Source: Fidelibacterota bacterium UBA6817
GTDB taxonomy: Bacteria; Fidelibacterota; Fidelibacteria; Fidelibacterales; Fidelibacteraceae
DNA length: 57,059 bases
Direction of reading: 5' to 3'
Assembly: GCA_002452555.1 (NCBI GenBank)
Contig: DKER01000038.1
Span: 1-57,059, forward strand
The notes under the pieces were generated by a model. The model was not told where the DNA came from and made no database searches. It worked only from the letters and a program-made list of their open reading frames with translations. Shown here piece after piece: positions 8,088-19,124 of this stretch (its first letter is position 1; the number at the start of each line of letters is the position of its first letter). The position numbers and the translations under genes were made by a program.

Positions 8088-10531
8088 TCTTCTACAATTT
8101 CACCTTCTTCATCTTCCTTCAGATAAGCAACTGAACTTATTTTATCATCCGGCTTTAGATTAATAAGGCGAACACCCTGTGTATTTCTTGAATAAACGCT
8201 AATATCGCGAATGCTCATACGGATCAAAAGACCCTGAACGGTTATAAGCATAAGATCATCCGTATCCACAACTTCTTTCAGGGCGACCATTTTCCCGATT
8301 TTCGGGATTGTTTTCAGTGTAATAACCCCTTTTCCGCCCCTGTTTGTAACGCGGTAATCAACAATTTCAGACCGTTTGCCAAAACCGCGTTCACTAACGG
8401 CAAGCACGCTTACTCCTTCCCGTTTCACCACAACCATATCAACAACGCGATCCTGTTTTCCGGCAAGCGTTACGCCTCTCACGCCCGAAGCATTTCTGCC
8501 CATATCCCGAATATGTTTTTCGTTAAAGCGAATTGCCTTTCCTTCCAATGTTCCGAGAATAATATCCTGTTCGCCGTTTGTTAAATTTACACCCACCAGG
8601 TTGTCGTCTTCGCGGAGCTTTACGGCCAGTATACCGGTTCGCCTCGGGTGGCTGAATGCAGACAGGGATGTTTTTTTAATAACGCCTTTTTCTGTGGCCA
8701 TAATAACAAATTTGTCATCGGAAAATTCTCTGACATTCAGAAATGCTTTAACATTCTCGCCTTTATCGCACTCAAGCAAATTCACAATAGCCCTGCCCCG
8801 GGATGCCCGTCCCGCCTGTGGAATCTGATGAACCTTAAGCCAGTAAACCTTCCCGAGATTTGTAAAAAAGAGCATATATTCATGTGTTGAAGCGATAAAA
8901 AGATTCTCAACAAAGTCTTCATCCCGCGTGCCTGCGCCCCGCTTTCCTACGCCGCCGCGGTTCTGGGAGCGGTATGCAGAAACGGGAGACCGTTTAATAA
9001 AACCATTGTGTGTTATGGTAATAACCATTTCTTCATCGGCAATCATATCTTCAATCGAGAAGTCGTCGCTGTCGGCTATCATCTCAGTACGCCGGGCATC
9101 TCCATAGCGTTCTTTTATGTCCTTGAATTCATCTTTTATGATTTCCATTCGTTTGCTGCGGTTTTCCAGTATAAACTTCAGCATTTCTATCAATTTCAAC
9201 TTTTCAAGATATTCCTGAACAATTTTATCTCTTTCAAGTCCGGTCAACTTCTGCAATCTCATGTCCAGGATCGCCTGAGCCTGCTTTTCGCTAAACTTAA
9301 ACCGTTCAATAAGACTGTCTCGTGCATCTGATACGCTGGAGGAGGCCCTGATAATGCGAATGACTTCGTCTATATTGTCTAAAGCAATTTTTAATCCTTC
9401 CAGAATATGGGCGGCTTCTTCAGCTTTTGTCAGATCATATCGGGTTCTGCGAACGACCACGTCATGACGAAAATCAATAAAATGCGTCAACATCTGTTTA
9501 ATATTCAGAACCTTTGGAATTCCGTTTACCAGGGCAAGCAGAATAATTCCGAATGTTGTCTGAAGCTGAGTGTGCTTATAAAGATTGTTTAAAATGACCT
9601 CCGGAATGGCATCCCGTTTCATTTCAATGACAATACGGATCCCGTCTTTGTCTGATTCGTCACGCAGATCGCTGATGCCTTCAATTACCTTATCACGGAC
9701 CAGTTCGGCAATTTTCTCAAGAATGCTGCTTTTATTCACCTGGTAAGGAATTTCAGAAATGATGATTTGCTCTTTCCCGCCGCGGATTTGTTCAACGGAT
9801 GCCCGGGCTCTTACCTGAATCTTTCCCCGTCCGGTTGTATAGGCGGAATGGAGTCCCAGGGCGCCAAAAACAAGGCCGCCAGTGGGAAAATCCGGACCTT
9901 TAACATGTTTCATAATATCATGAACATCCAGTTCCGGGTTGTCAACCAATTCAATCAAGGCGTCACAAATCTCATTAAGGTTGTGAGGCGGAATATTGGT
10001 TGCCATTCCTACGGCAATTCCGGACGCGCCGTTTATCAGAAGAGACGGGATCTGGGTCGGTAAAACAATCGGTTCCTGCAGGGTTTCGTCAAAATTCGGC
10101 CTGAAATCCACTGTTTCTTTTTCAATATCCACAAGCATTTCGCCGGCAAGGCGGGTCATTCTGGCTTCGGTATATCGCATGGCGGCGGCATTATCCCCGT
10201 CAACGGAACCGAAATTTCCCTGACCGTTTACAAGGGTGTATCGCATGGCAAAATCCTGAGCCAGGCGCACCATGGCATCATATACGGAGGAGTCGCCGTG
10301 CGGGTGATATTTTCCCATAACCTCACCCACAATACGGGCAGATTTTTTAAAGGATTTGTTGTATTGAACGCCCAGTTCATTCATTCCGAACAGAATTCGG
10401 CGGTGAACCGGTTTCAGTCCGTCCCGAACATCGGGCAGCGCCCGGGAAACAATAACGGACATGGAGTAGTCGATATAGGATTCTTTTAGTTCCTCTTCAA
10501 TATTTACCGGAATAATTTTTTGATTTGTCAA
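8084..10531 (-). CDS. gyrA: DNA gyrase subunit A
   Basis: RALPDVRDGLKPVHRR, YHPHGD, AAMRYTE (catalytic Tyr) and GyrA-box QNRGGVG; TTG start. Confidence 0.98.
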   Translation of the reverse strand: MTNQKIIPVNIEEELKESYIDYSMSVIVSRALPDVRDGLKPVHRRILFGMNELGVQYNKSFKKSARIVGEVMGKYHPHGDSSVYDAMVRLAQDFAMRYTLVNGQGNFGSVDGDNAAAMRYTEARMTRLAGEMLVDIEKETVDFRPNFDETLQEPIVLPTQIPSLLINGASGIAVGMATNIPPHNLNEICDALIELVDNPELDVHDIMKHVKGPDFPTGGLVFGALGLHSAYTTGRGKIQVRARASVEQIRGGKEQIIISEIPYQVNKSSILEKIAELVRDKVIEGISDLRDESDKDGIRIVIEMKRDAIPEVILNNLYKHTQLQTTFGIILLALVNGIPKVLNIKQMLTHFIDFRHDVVVRRTRYDLTKAEEAAHILEGLKIALDNIDEVIRIIRASSSVSDARDSLIERFKFSEKQAQAILDMRLQKLTGLERDKIVQEYLEKLKLIEMLKFILENRSKRMEIIKDEFKDIKERYGDARRTEMIADSDDFSIEDMIADEEMVITITHNGFIKRSPVSAYRSQNRGGVGKRGAGTRDEDFVENLFIASTHEYMLFFTNLGKVYWLKVHQIPQAGRASRGRAIVNLLECDKGENVKAFLNVREFSDDKFVIMATEKGVIKKTSLSAFSHPRRTGILAVKLREDDNLVGVNLTNGEQDIILGTLEGKAIRFNEKHIRDMGRNASGVRGVTLAGKQDRVVDMVVVKREGVSVLAVSERGFGKRSEIVDYRVTNRGGKGVITLKTIPKIGKMVALKEVVDTDDLMLITVQGLLIRMSIRDISVYSRNTQGVRLINLKPDDKISSVAYLKEDEEGEIVEE

Positions 10532-10559
10532 AGCGTCACCTGTCCTTTTTCACTGTCTG

Positions 10560-12810
<2,251 letters not shown>

Positions 12811-12816
12811 CTTCGC

Positions 12817-12845
12817 AATTTATAAAAAAGTACTTTATTTATGAA
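12817..12845 (-). promoter_or_regulatory. Putative sigma70 promoter for dciA-gyrB, possibly leaderless
   Basis: Minus strand TTCATA-17 bp-TAAATT, ending 6 nt before the dciA ATG; no SD. Confidence 0.35.
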
Positions 12846-12879
12846 GAAGTAAATGCTGAAAATTCCCTTGTTGTAAGAG

Positions 12880-13971
12880 CTATATATCAATGATATTAAA
12901 CGATCCGGGAGAAAGTGATATCCCTTGTCGTCTTATATCACTTAAATCGGTTGACGTAATTATTATTTGCTGAAGACTGCCGATATAATCCAGCAGATTT
13001 TTTGCATGGCTGATATCCAGCTCAGATAAAAGATCATCAAAAAGAAATATGGGTTCTTTCCCGGTAACGGTTTTAAAATACTCGCCTTCTGCAAGTTTCA
13101 GGCAGACAATCCAGAATTTTTTTTCTCCCTGTGATGCACCGGTTTTCAGCGATTCGTTTTTTCTGGTGAAGTCAATACGATCATAACCGGCCCCTTTTAC
13201 AGACCGTTTTAAAATAATATCGCTGTGAATGGATTTACGGCTCTCTGCCAGATAATTCTCAACATACTCTTCTTTGCTTTTCCCGGAAACTGAAGGTTTG
13301 TATTCAATATTAACCGGAATATCCCTTGTATCAATATATTTGAAAAAATTCTTTAATTTCTCATTCAAAATAAAAAATTGGTCTTTTCTAAACGTATAAA
13401 TCTTCCACGAAAGGGGGGCTAGTTGCTCTTCATATGTTTCAAGCTGCACATCATAGGTATAGCTGTTTTTATCGTTTTTAAATTTTAAATAGGCGTTTTT
13501 TTGTTTAAGAAGTCTTGTATAGCGAATCAGTGCTTTTAAATAATCGTGTGAGGTTTGCGAAAAAAGTCTGTCAAAGTACTGTCGTTTTAATTGGGGAGCG
13601 CCCATGGCCAACTCGGCATCTTCAGGCGATAAAATGATAACGGGCAGCTGTCCGATCCAATCGCTGTATTTTTCCACGGGAACATTATTTAAAAGAAGTT
13701 TTTTTCCCCGGTTTTTTACAACGGAAAATGTAACGTCGCCATAATCGTTCCACGTCGTTTTTACCGTAAAATTCTCTTTTTTCCATTGAATGGCTTCGAC
13801 ATCTCTGGGCGTTCTGAAAGACCGCGTGAGACATGTAAAAAAGAGAGCTTCCAAAACAGATGTTTTTCCGGACCCGTTTGGTCCGAACAAGATATTCAGG
13901 CCCGGTTTGAAAACAAAGCCGGTTTCTGTAAAACAGCGAAAATGTCTGATTGAAACGTTTTCCAAAAGCAT
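12880..13971 (-). CDS. recF: DNA replication and repair protein RecF
   Basis: Walker A GPNGSGKTSVLEA, RSFRT, ASQGE signature, LFDDLLSELD Walker B. Confidence 0.93.
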   Translation of the reverse strand: MLLENVSIRHFRCFTETGFVFKPGLNILFGPNGSGKTSVLEALFFTCLTRSFRTPRDVEAIQWKKENFTVKTTWNDYGDVTFSVVKNRGKKLLLNNVPVEKYSDWIGQLPVIILSPEDAELAMGAPQLKRQYFDRLFSQTSHDYLKALIRYTRLLKQKNAYLKFKNDKNSYTYDVQLETYEEQLAPLSWKIYTFRKDQFFILNEKLKNFFKYIDTRDIPVNIEYKPSVSGKSKEEYVENYLAESRKSIHSDIILKRSVKGAGYDRIDFTRKNESLKTGASQGEKKFWIVCLKLAEGEYFKTVTGKEPIFLFDDLLSELDISHAKNLLDYIGSLQQIIITSTDLSDIRRQGISLSPGSFNIIDI

Positions 13972-13983
13972 TTGTTAATGTAC

Positions 13984-14007
13984 AAAAAAAGGGCGGTTTT
14001 ACCGCCC
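13984..14007 (-). terminator. Rho-independent terminator between dnaN and recF
   Basis: Hairpin GGGCGGT-aaa-ACCGCCC followed by 7 T on the minus strand, 11 nt after the dnaN stop. Confidence 0.75.
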
Positions 14008-14018
14008 CATTATCTTTT

Positions 14019-15131
14019 TTACAGTCTTATCGGCATAAGCAAAATTAAAAGGTTTTCGTGTTCTTCCTGTTTTTCAGGATATAATAGTCCTGCAGAGAGG
14101 GGGGTATTCAAAAAGATGCAAACCTTTTCACCGTCAACATGCCTGACAACTTCCTTAAGATATTCGGAATTATAACCAATTGTGAGCGGTTCCCCTTCAT
14201 ACTGAAGAGCCATTTCTTCTCTCGCGGTTGAAGCCGTTTCTACATCTTCTGTAGAAATCACAACCTTGTTATTATTGAAAGATAGGGCAATCTGATGCGT
14301 ATTTTTATTGGAAAAGATACCAATTCTTTTAATGGCAGATAAAAACAAATCAATATCCGCAGTGACTTTATTGGGGTTTTTTACAGGAATCACGGTTTCA
14401 TAATCGGGAAAACGTTCTTCAATGATACGGGTATAAATAACGCTTTCCTCTGTTTCAATCATAACATGATTTTTCCCGATTTTAAAGCGTATATAGCTGG
14501 CTCCCTTAAGATTGGAAACGCTAACATTTAAAAACTTGACCGGAATAATGACATCCCTCTCCAGTCCGTTTGTTTCAAAATCATCATATGTCAGCTGTAC
14601 CAATTTATGGCCGTCGGTTGCAACAGCTTTAAAAAGATTTTCCTTAAATTGAAAGAGAACACCGTTAAGAGCGGCTTTCATTTCATCATGACTTACAGAA
14701 AAAATTGTTTTATCCACGATTCTCTGAAGTTTGTCCGGAGAAATCAGAATTGTTGTGCTGTCGTCTATCATGGGAATTCCGGGAAATTCTGCAGACGGTC
14801 TTCCGGAAATGTGGTATTCTCCGCCCTGGGGCGTTTTTATCTCAATGTTTTCTTCCTGAACGGTAAAAGATAGTTCTGTATCCGGAAGTTCGGACGTAAT
14901 GTCCAAAATCATTCTTCCGGGTATGGCAATGGAGCCTTCTTCTGCTACATCTGCTTTGCAAAAAGTTTCCATTGTGATTTCCAGATCTGTTGAACGAAGC
15001 CTTAACTCGTCCTTTTCTGCAGTTAAAAGAATACAGCTCAGGATCGGCAGGGTAGATCTTACGGGAGCCACCCTTGAAACCTTTTGAAGAGATTGATAAA
15101 GGTCATTTTTTGATACAGTAAATTTCATCAT
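14019..15131 (-). CDS. dnaN: DNA polymerase III beta sliding clamp
   Basis: STLPILSCILL, STDLE, AVATDGHKL, RFPDYETVIP, IGYNSEYL, LLMPIRL. Confidence 0.97.
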   Translation of the reverse strand: MMKFTVSKNDLYQSLQKVSRVAPVRSTLPILSCILLTAEKDELRLRSTDLEITMETFCKADVAEEGSIAIPGRMILDITSELPDTELSFTVQEENIEIKTPQGGEYHISGRPSAEFPGIPMIDDSTTILISPDKLQRIVDKTIFSVSHDEMKAALNGVLFQFKENLFKAVATDGHKLVQLTYDDFETNGLERDVIIPVKFLNVSVSNLKGASYIRFKIGKNHVMIETEESVIYTRIIEERFPDYETVIPVKNPNKVTADIDLFLSAIKRIGIFSNKNTHQIALSFNNNKVVISTEDVETASTAREEMALQYEGEPLTIGYNSEYLKEVVRHVDGEKVCIFLNTPLSAGLLYPEKQEEHENLLILLMPIRL

Positions 15132-15139
15132 TGCAGAAT

Positions 15140-15368
15140 TTCCTTTATTATGTCTTATTTATTTTTTAAAAAATATCTATTAATAATATACAGGTGGAAA
15201 TTGTTAATATCACAGGTAAAGTTAAAAAAAATAACGATTTATTTGACGTGATTTTTGTGGATAACTTTTTCATATTCAGGAATAACAACAGGACAAGGGC
15301 GTCTTTTTGCCGCTTTGAGTGTAAATTCTTATTAACATCAACATTTCATGAACAGTCCTTGTGGATAA
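15140..15368. promoter_or_regulatory. oriC-like element upstream of dnaN: DnaA boxes plus putative DnaA-trio/AT-rich unwinding element
   Basis: Perfect TGTGGATAA at 15256-15264 and 15360-15368; TTATTAACA at 15329-15337. Minus strand reads ATATTAACA-ATTTCCACC-TGTA-TAT TAT TAA TAG-ATATTTTTTAAAAAATAAATAA toward dnaN. A further perfect box lies at 15729-15737 inside the adjacent CDS. Confidence 0.7.
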
Positions 15369-16664
15369 CTATCTTTTAATTTCAACATAAAACTTTTCGT
15401 ATAATTTATCGAGCCATCGATTCCATTCTTCCTGCTTTTTATAGGAAGAGGCCATGTTTTCTATGATGTTGTAATGTGTTTTCAATGAGAGAACTTCCGG
15501 AGGTTTACGTGTATTAAGTTTTAAAATATGGAAGCCGTACATGGTTTGAAAAGGCGCTGAGATTTCACCCTCCTTAAGTGTCTCCGCAACCGATTTAAAC
15601 TCCTCAATTTGCAAGGTGTTTAAAGGAAATTCGCCCAGATTCCCTTTGTTGACAGGCACGTCCGGATCATCACTGTGCCGTAGGGCAAATTCTGAAAAAT
15701 TCCCCGAAACCAAGATAGAATCCCGGATTGTGGATAATTTGTTAATAGCGATTGTATTGTCTGATTCGTCTTTGGAAATATCAAGAAGAATATGGGCAAC
15801 ATTTACCAATTCGCCGCGCCTTTCAATGCGTTTAATAATATGAACACCGAACTGTGTTTCAACGATTTCTGAAATATCACCGTCTTTTTCCAGCGAGAAA
15901 GCAACTCTTTCAAATTCCGGAACGAAGGTGCCTTTCGGAGAAAACCCAAGCTCTCCTCCGTTTACGGCAGAAGATCGGTCTGCCGAATATGCTCGAGCGG
16001 CCTCACTGAAAGAAAGTTCTCCCGTTGTAATCTTGTTTTTTATATCAAGCAACTCTGATTTTTTCTGTTCTTTCTTTTCGCCCGAAGGTTCGGGTATGAT
16101 AAGAATATGACTAATATTGACTCTTTCGGGAATATCAGGAATGGAATCTTTGTTTTCTTCGTAAAAAGAAAGGACTTCGGGACGGCTGACTTTTATGTTT
16201 CCAAATTTTTCTGCCTGTATTTGCTGAACAATCAGAGAACTTTTAACGCGAGTATATAAATATTCCCTGATTTTTCGCATGGAAAGCCCGAAGGCCTGTT
16301 CAATCTGTTCGTCAGATCCAAAAATATCAACATATTGTTTTAATTGTTCGTTTAAAGCCGATTGGATATCCCGCTCCCGAATGATTATGGAATCCTCCTC
16401 AGCCTGAAGAAGAATAATTTCCATATTAATCAACTCTCTGAGCGCCTGGTTCTGCAAATTAATAAATTGTTCCTGGTTTATTGATGACGGATTAACACCC
16501 GAGGAGCGGATCATTTCCATCGTTAACTGCTGAACGTCGGAGAACAGGATGATTTCCTGTCCAACAATAGCGGCAATGCCGTCAACAAGTTGTTGAGATT
16601 GCAGGGGTGTTGTAAAAATGAGCAGACAAAAAATGAGAGAGAGTTTAAAAATACGTTTCAACAT
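15369..16664 (-). CDS. surA: SurA-like periplasmic chaperone / parvulin PPIase
   Basis: Signal peptide, VDGIAAIVGQEIILFSDV SurA N-domain, two parvulin domains (SHILI...GGELG...FVPEFE...GVHIIK; AHILL...GNLG...YGFHILK). Confidence 0.85.
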   Translation of the reverse strand: MLKRIFKLSLIFCLLIFTTPLQSQQLVDGIAAIVGQEIILFSDVQQLTMEMIRSSGVNPSSINQEQFINLQNQALRELINMEIILLQAEEDSIIIRERDIQSALNEQLKQYVDIFGSDEQIEQAFGLSMRKIREYLYTRVKSSLIVQQIQAEKFGNIKVSRPEVLSFYEENKDSIPDIPERVNISHILIIPEPSGEKKEQKKSELLDIKNKITTGELSFSEAARAYSADRSSAVNGGELGFSPKGTFVPEFERVAFSLEKDGDISEIVETQFGVHIIKRIERRGELVNVAHILLDISKDESDNTIAINKLSTIRDSILVSGNFSEFALRHSDDPDVPVNKGNLGEFPLNTLQIEEFKSVAETLKEGEISAPFQTMYGFHILKLNTRKPPEVLSLKTHYNIIENMASSYKKQEEWNRWLDKLYEKFYVEIKR

Positions 16665-17433
16665 GTGCTTTTTTCCTGAGTTTATTAAGAAGGCTGTAGT
16701 AGGCCTCGTCTGATTTTTGAAGACCGATTTGCTGTCTTATATCTTCTCTCACTTCGGATATGGGAAGATAAGAGTTGGGAGAATACGTCTCCAGTATTTC
16801 AAATACGTGGTAGGCGTCCGATAAAAGAAACGGTTCAGAAATTCTTGGCGGAGGAACAGAAAACAGGCGGTCCCGAACAGCAGGGATTACAAAATTTTCT
16901 TCAATAAATCGCGTTTCCACCAGGTTTTTTTCTTTAAATTCCTGAATTTTTTCTCGATCATTTCTTACGAGAGAGCGGTAAGCGTTCCTTGCAGTTGATT
17001 CTTCAGTAAATGCATAATGATTAACTTTATAGGTAAGCTCAGAGACTTTAAACTGTTCTCTGTTTTCAAAATAATAATCGTTTATTTCTTCATCTTCGGC
17101 CGTAAGCTGATCACCGACAACCAGAGAAAGATATTGGCTTGCAATAAGTTGTTTCTGATATTGCAGAACCTGATTCTTAATTTCCGGGTTTTTGTCTATC
17201 CTGTTTTTTACCCCCTCCTGATAAAGAAGCTCCAAATAGATCCATTGCTCCACAATTTCTTTTTTTTCATCAAGCATTGTTTGTTCTGAGGCAATTTTCA
17301 TGGGAAGAAGGTTTAATCGCTCTTCTGTCAGATATTCATTATTAACCCTTGCAAGAACATTCCCGGGCTTTCTTTCTGAACACCCGGACAGCACGAAGAG
17401 AAATATAATAATTATAAGTTTTTTATATTTCAT
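16645..17433 (-). CDS. Lipoprotein foldase, PrsA/SurA-like with degenerate parvulin domain
   Basis: Lipobox LSGC, LARVNNEYLT, ELLYQEG, ISEPF...YHVF; sits between two PPIases. Confidence 0.7.
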   Translation of the reverse strand: MKYKKLIIIIFLFVLSGCSERKPGNVLARVNNEYLTEERLNLLPMKIASEQTMLDEKKEIVEQWIYLELLYQEGVKNRIDKNPEIKNQVLQYQKQLIASQYLSLVVGDQLTAEDEEINDYYFENREQFKVSELTYKVNHYAFTEESTARNAYRSLVRNDREKIQEFKEKNLVETRFIEENFVIPAVRDRLFSVPPPRISEPFLLSDAYHVFEILETYSPNSYLPISEVREDIRQQIGLQKSDEAYYSLLNKLRKKAHVETYF

Positions 17434-19111
17434 ACAGAGGATTTACCTGAACCTTATATGTTTCGTAGAGCTTTTTAAACGAATCCTGCCTTGCAGACTT
17501 CATTCTCTCTTCAAGAATATGGTTTCTTACCTGGTTTTTAACAAGGTCAAAAGCAATGGGCGTTTCGGGAATTATTTCTATAAGATTGACAATGGAAAAC
17601 TGGTTTTTTTCGACCTTAACGGGCCTGCCGGTTTCTCCCGGCGCCAGCGTAAAAGCATGTTTACCCATTGCGCCAAACTGCCCCTTTTGAAAAGGCGTTA
17701 AAAGGCCTTTATTTCGCTTTCCAATGGGCCGTTCCGTGTATTTTTCTGCCATGTCTGCAAACGAACTGCCTTTTTGCAGTTTTTCGAATATTTCTTCGGC
17801 AAGGAGACTGTCTGATACAAGTATTTCCTGAACCCGCACTTTTTCAGGCGTCATGTATTTTTCTTTATTTCTCACATAGTAGCGGGCTATTTCATCGTCT
17901 GTCGGTTCAAGCCCTTCATAAACAACAACACTGGTGTAGTAGGCATGAGATGTTCTCATGACATATCGTCTTTTCTCCTGCTGAAAACTGTCTGATTTTT
18001 TATAATCGAGTTTTGCACCTTCACGAACCAGGAGGTCAAGCATGTGGTTATCCTTTATAAATGCATTAAGATCGGCGGGAGAATTGAACTTGGGCACATC
18101 TTTTCTATCCATAAAAAATGCCATATAATCAATTACCCATTGTTTGTCAACCGTTGTTCCCGGATATTCCGCCAGTTTAAACGTGTCCGGCATAGCCAGC
18201 AAGGCTTGAAACACATCCGGCTTATTGCTGTTTGAATAAATGGAATCAAAAACAGTATAAAAGTCTTCAACGGCTGAAAGACGGATTGTTATAGGATTTG
18301 CCGTGGCCAAAGAATCAATATAGTATTTTTGACGCTCAATAAAGCGATCGTTCCAGGTTTTTCTGGCCAATATTTTCAGGCGATTTAATTCTTCCTCTTT
18401 CGATTTAACCATAACAGATCTTTCCTGTCGGGGATAAATGAGGTGATATCCATATTCGGTTTTAACCGGTCCGCTGACAAAAGAGGTTGGCGTAGCATAG
18501 AGGGCGCTGTCAAAAACGGCGATCATTTTTCCGGCAGATACCCATCCCAGATCTCCGCCCTGATCGCGGGTAGCAGGATCTTCAGAGTATTGCTTAGCCA
18601 ATGATTCAAAGTTGTTTTCATTAATTTGAGCCCTTATCCTTCGGGTCAGGCGCAAAGCCTCATCCTCTGTTCTGTCACTGCTGCTGTTATGAGCACCTTT
18701 GAAAGAGATAAGTATATGGGATGTAAGTTTTTCGGATTTCAGTCTGTTGTAAAGATTGTCATACACGTCAGGAGAAATAAGGTAATTAAAGACAGCTTTA
18801 TCAAACAACGCTTGGGCATCCTGCCGGGCTTCCCATGTTTTTATCTTATATTTCAACATAAAATCATCTAGACGATTGTTGTCTTCCAAATACAATTCCG
18901 ACAATTTTATTTTGATGTAAGTATCAATACGCTCTTTTAAAACATCGGCAGACAATCCCTGAACATATGAGGAAGAATAATAATCAGACAGATGGTCAAG
19001 CGTGTATCTTTTTCCGTCAATGTAAGCAATGGTGTTATCATCAAATTTTTTTGCACAGGAAGCAGCAAGTGTTAGAAACGTCAATAGAATCACACATAAT
19101 CGAAGCTTCAT
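17423..19111 (-). CDS. Lipoprotein peptidyl-prolyl isomerase with two parvulin domains
   Basis: Lipobox AASC; SHILI, FESLAKQYSEDP, GGDLGW, YGYHLI; second domain VQEILV...FADMAEKY. Confidence 0.85.
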   Translation of the reverse strand: MKLRLCVILLTFLTLAASCAKKFDDNTIAYIDGKRYTLDHLSDYYSSSYVQGLSADVLKERIDTYIKIKLSELYLEDNNRLDDFMLKYKIKTWEARQDAQALFDKAVFNYLISPDVYDNLYNRLKSEKLTSHILISFKGAHNSSSDRTEDEALRLTRRIRAQINENNFESLAKQYSEDPATRDQGGDLGWVSAGKMIAVFDSALYATPTSFVSGPVKTEYGYHLIYPRQERSVMVKSKEEELNRLKILARKTWNDRFIERQKYYIDSLATANPITIRLSAVEDFYTVFDSIYSNSNKPDVFQALLAMPDTFKLAEYPGTTVDKQWVIDYMAFFMDRKDVPKFNSPADLNAFIKDNHMLDLLVREGAKLDYKKSDSFQQEKRRYVMRTSHAYYTSVVVYEGLEPTDDEIARYYVRNKEKYMTPEKVRVQEILVSDSLLAEEIFEKLQKGSSFADMAEKYTERPIGKRNKGLLTPFQKGQFGAMGKHAFTLAPGETGRPVKVEKNQFSIVNLIEIIPETPIAFDLVKNQVRNHILEERMKSARQDSFKKLYETYKVQVNPLYEI

Positions 19112-19124
19112 AAGTTCACCTCAT

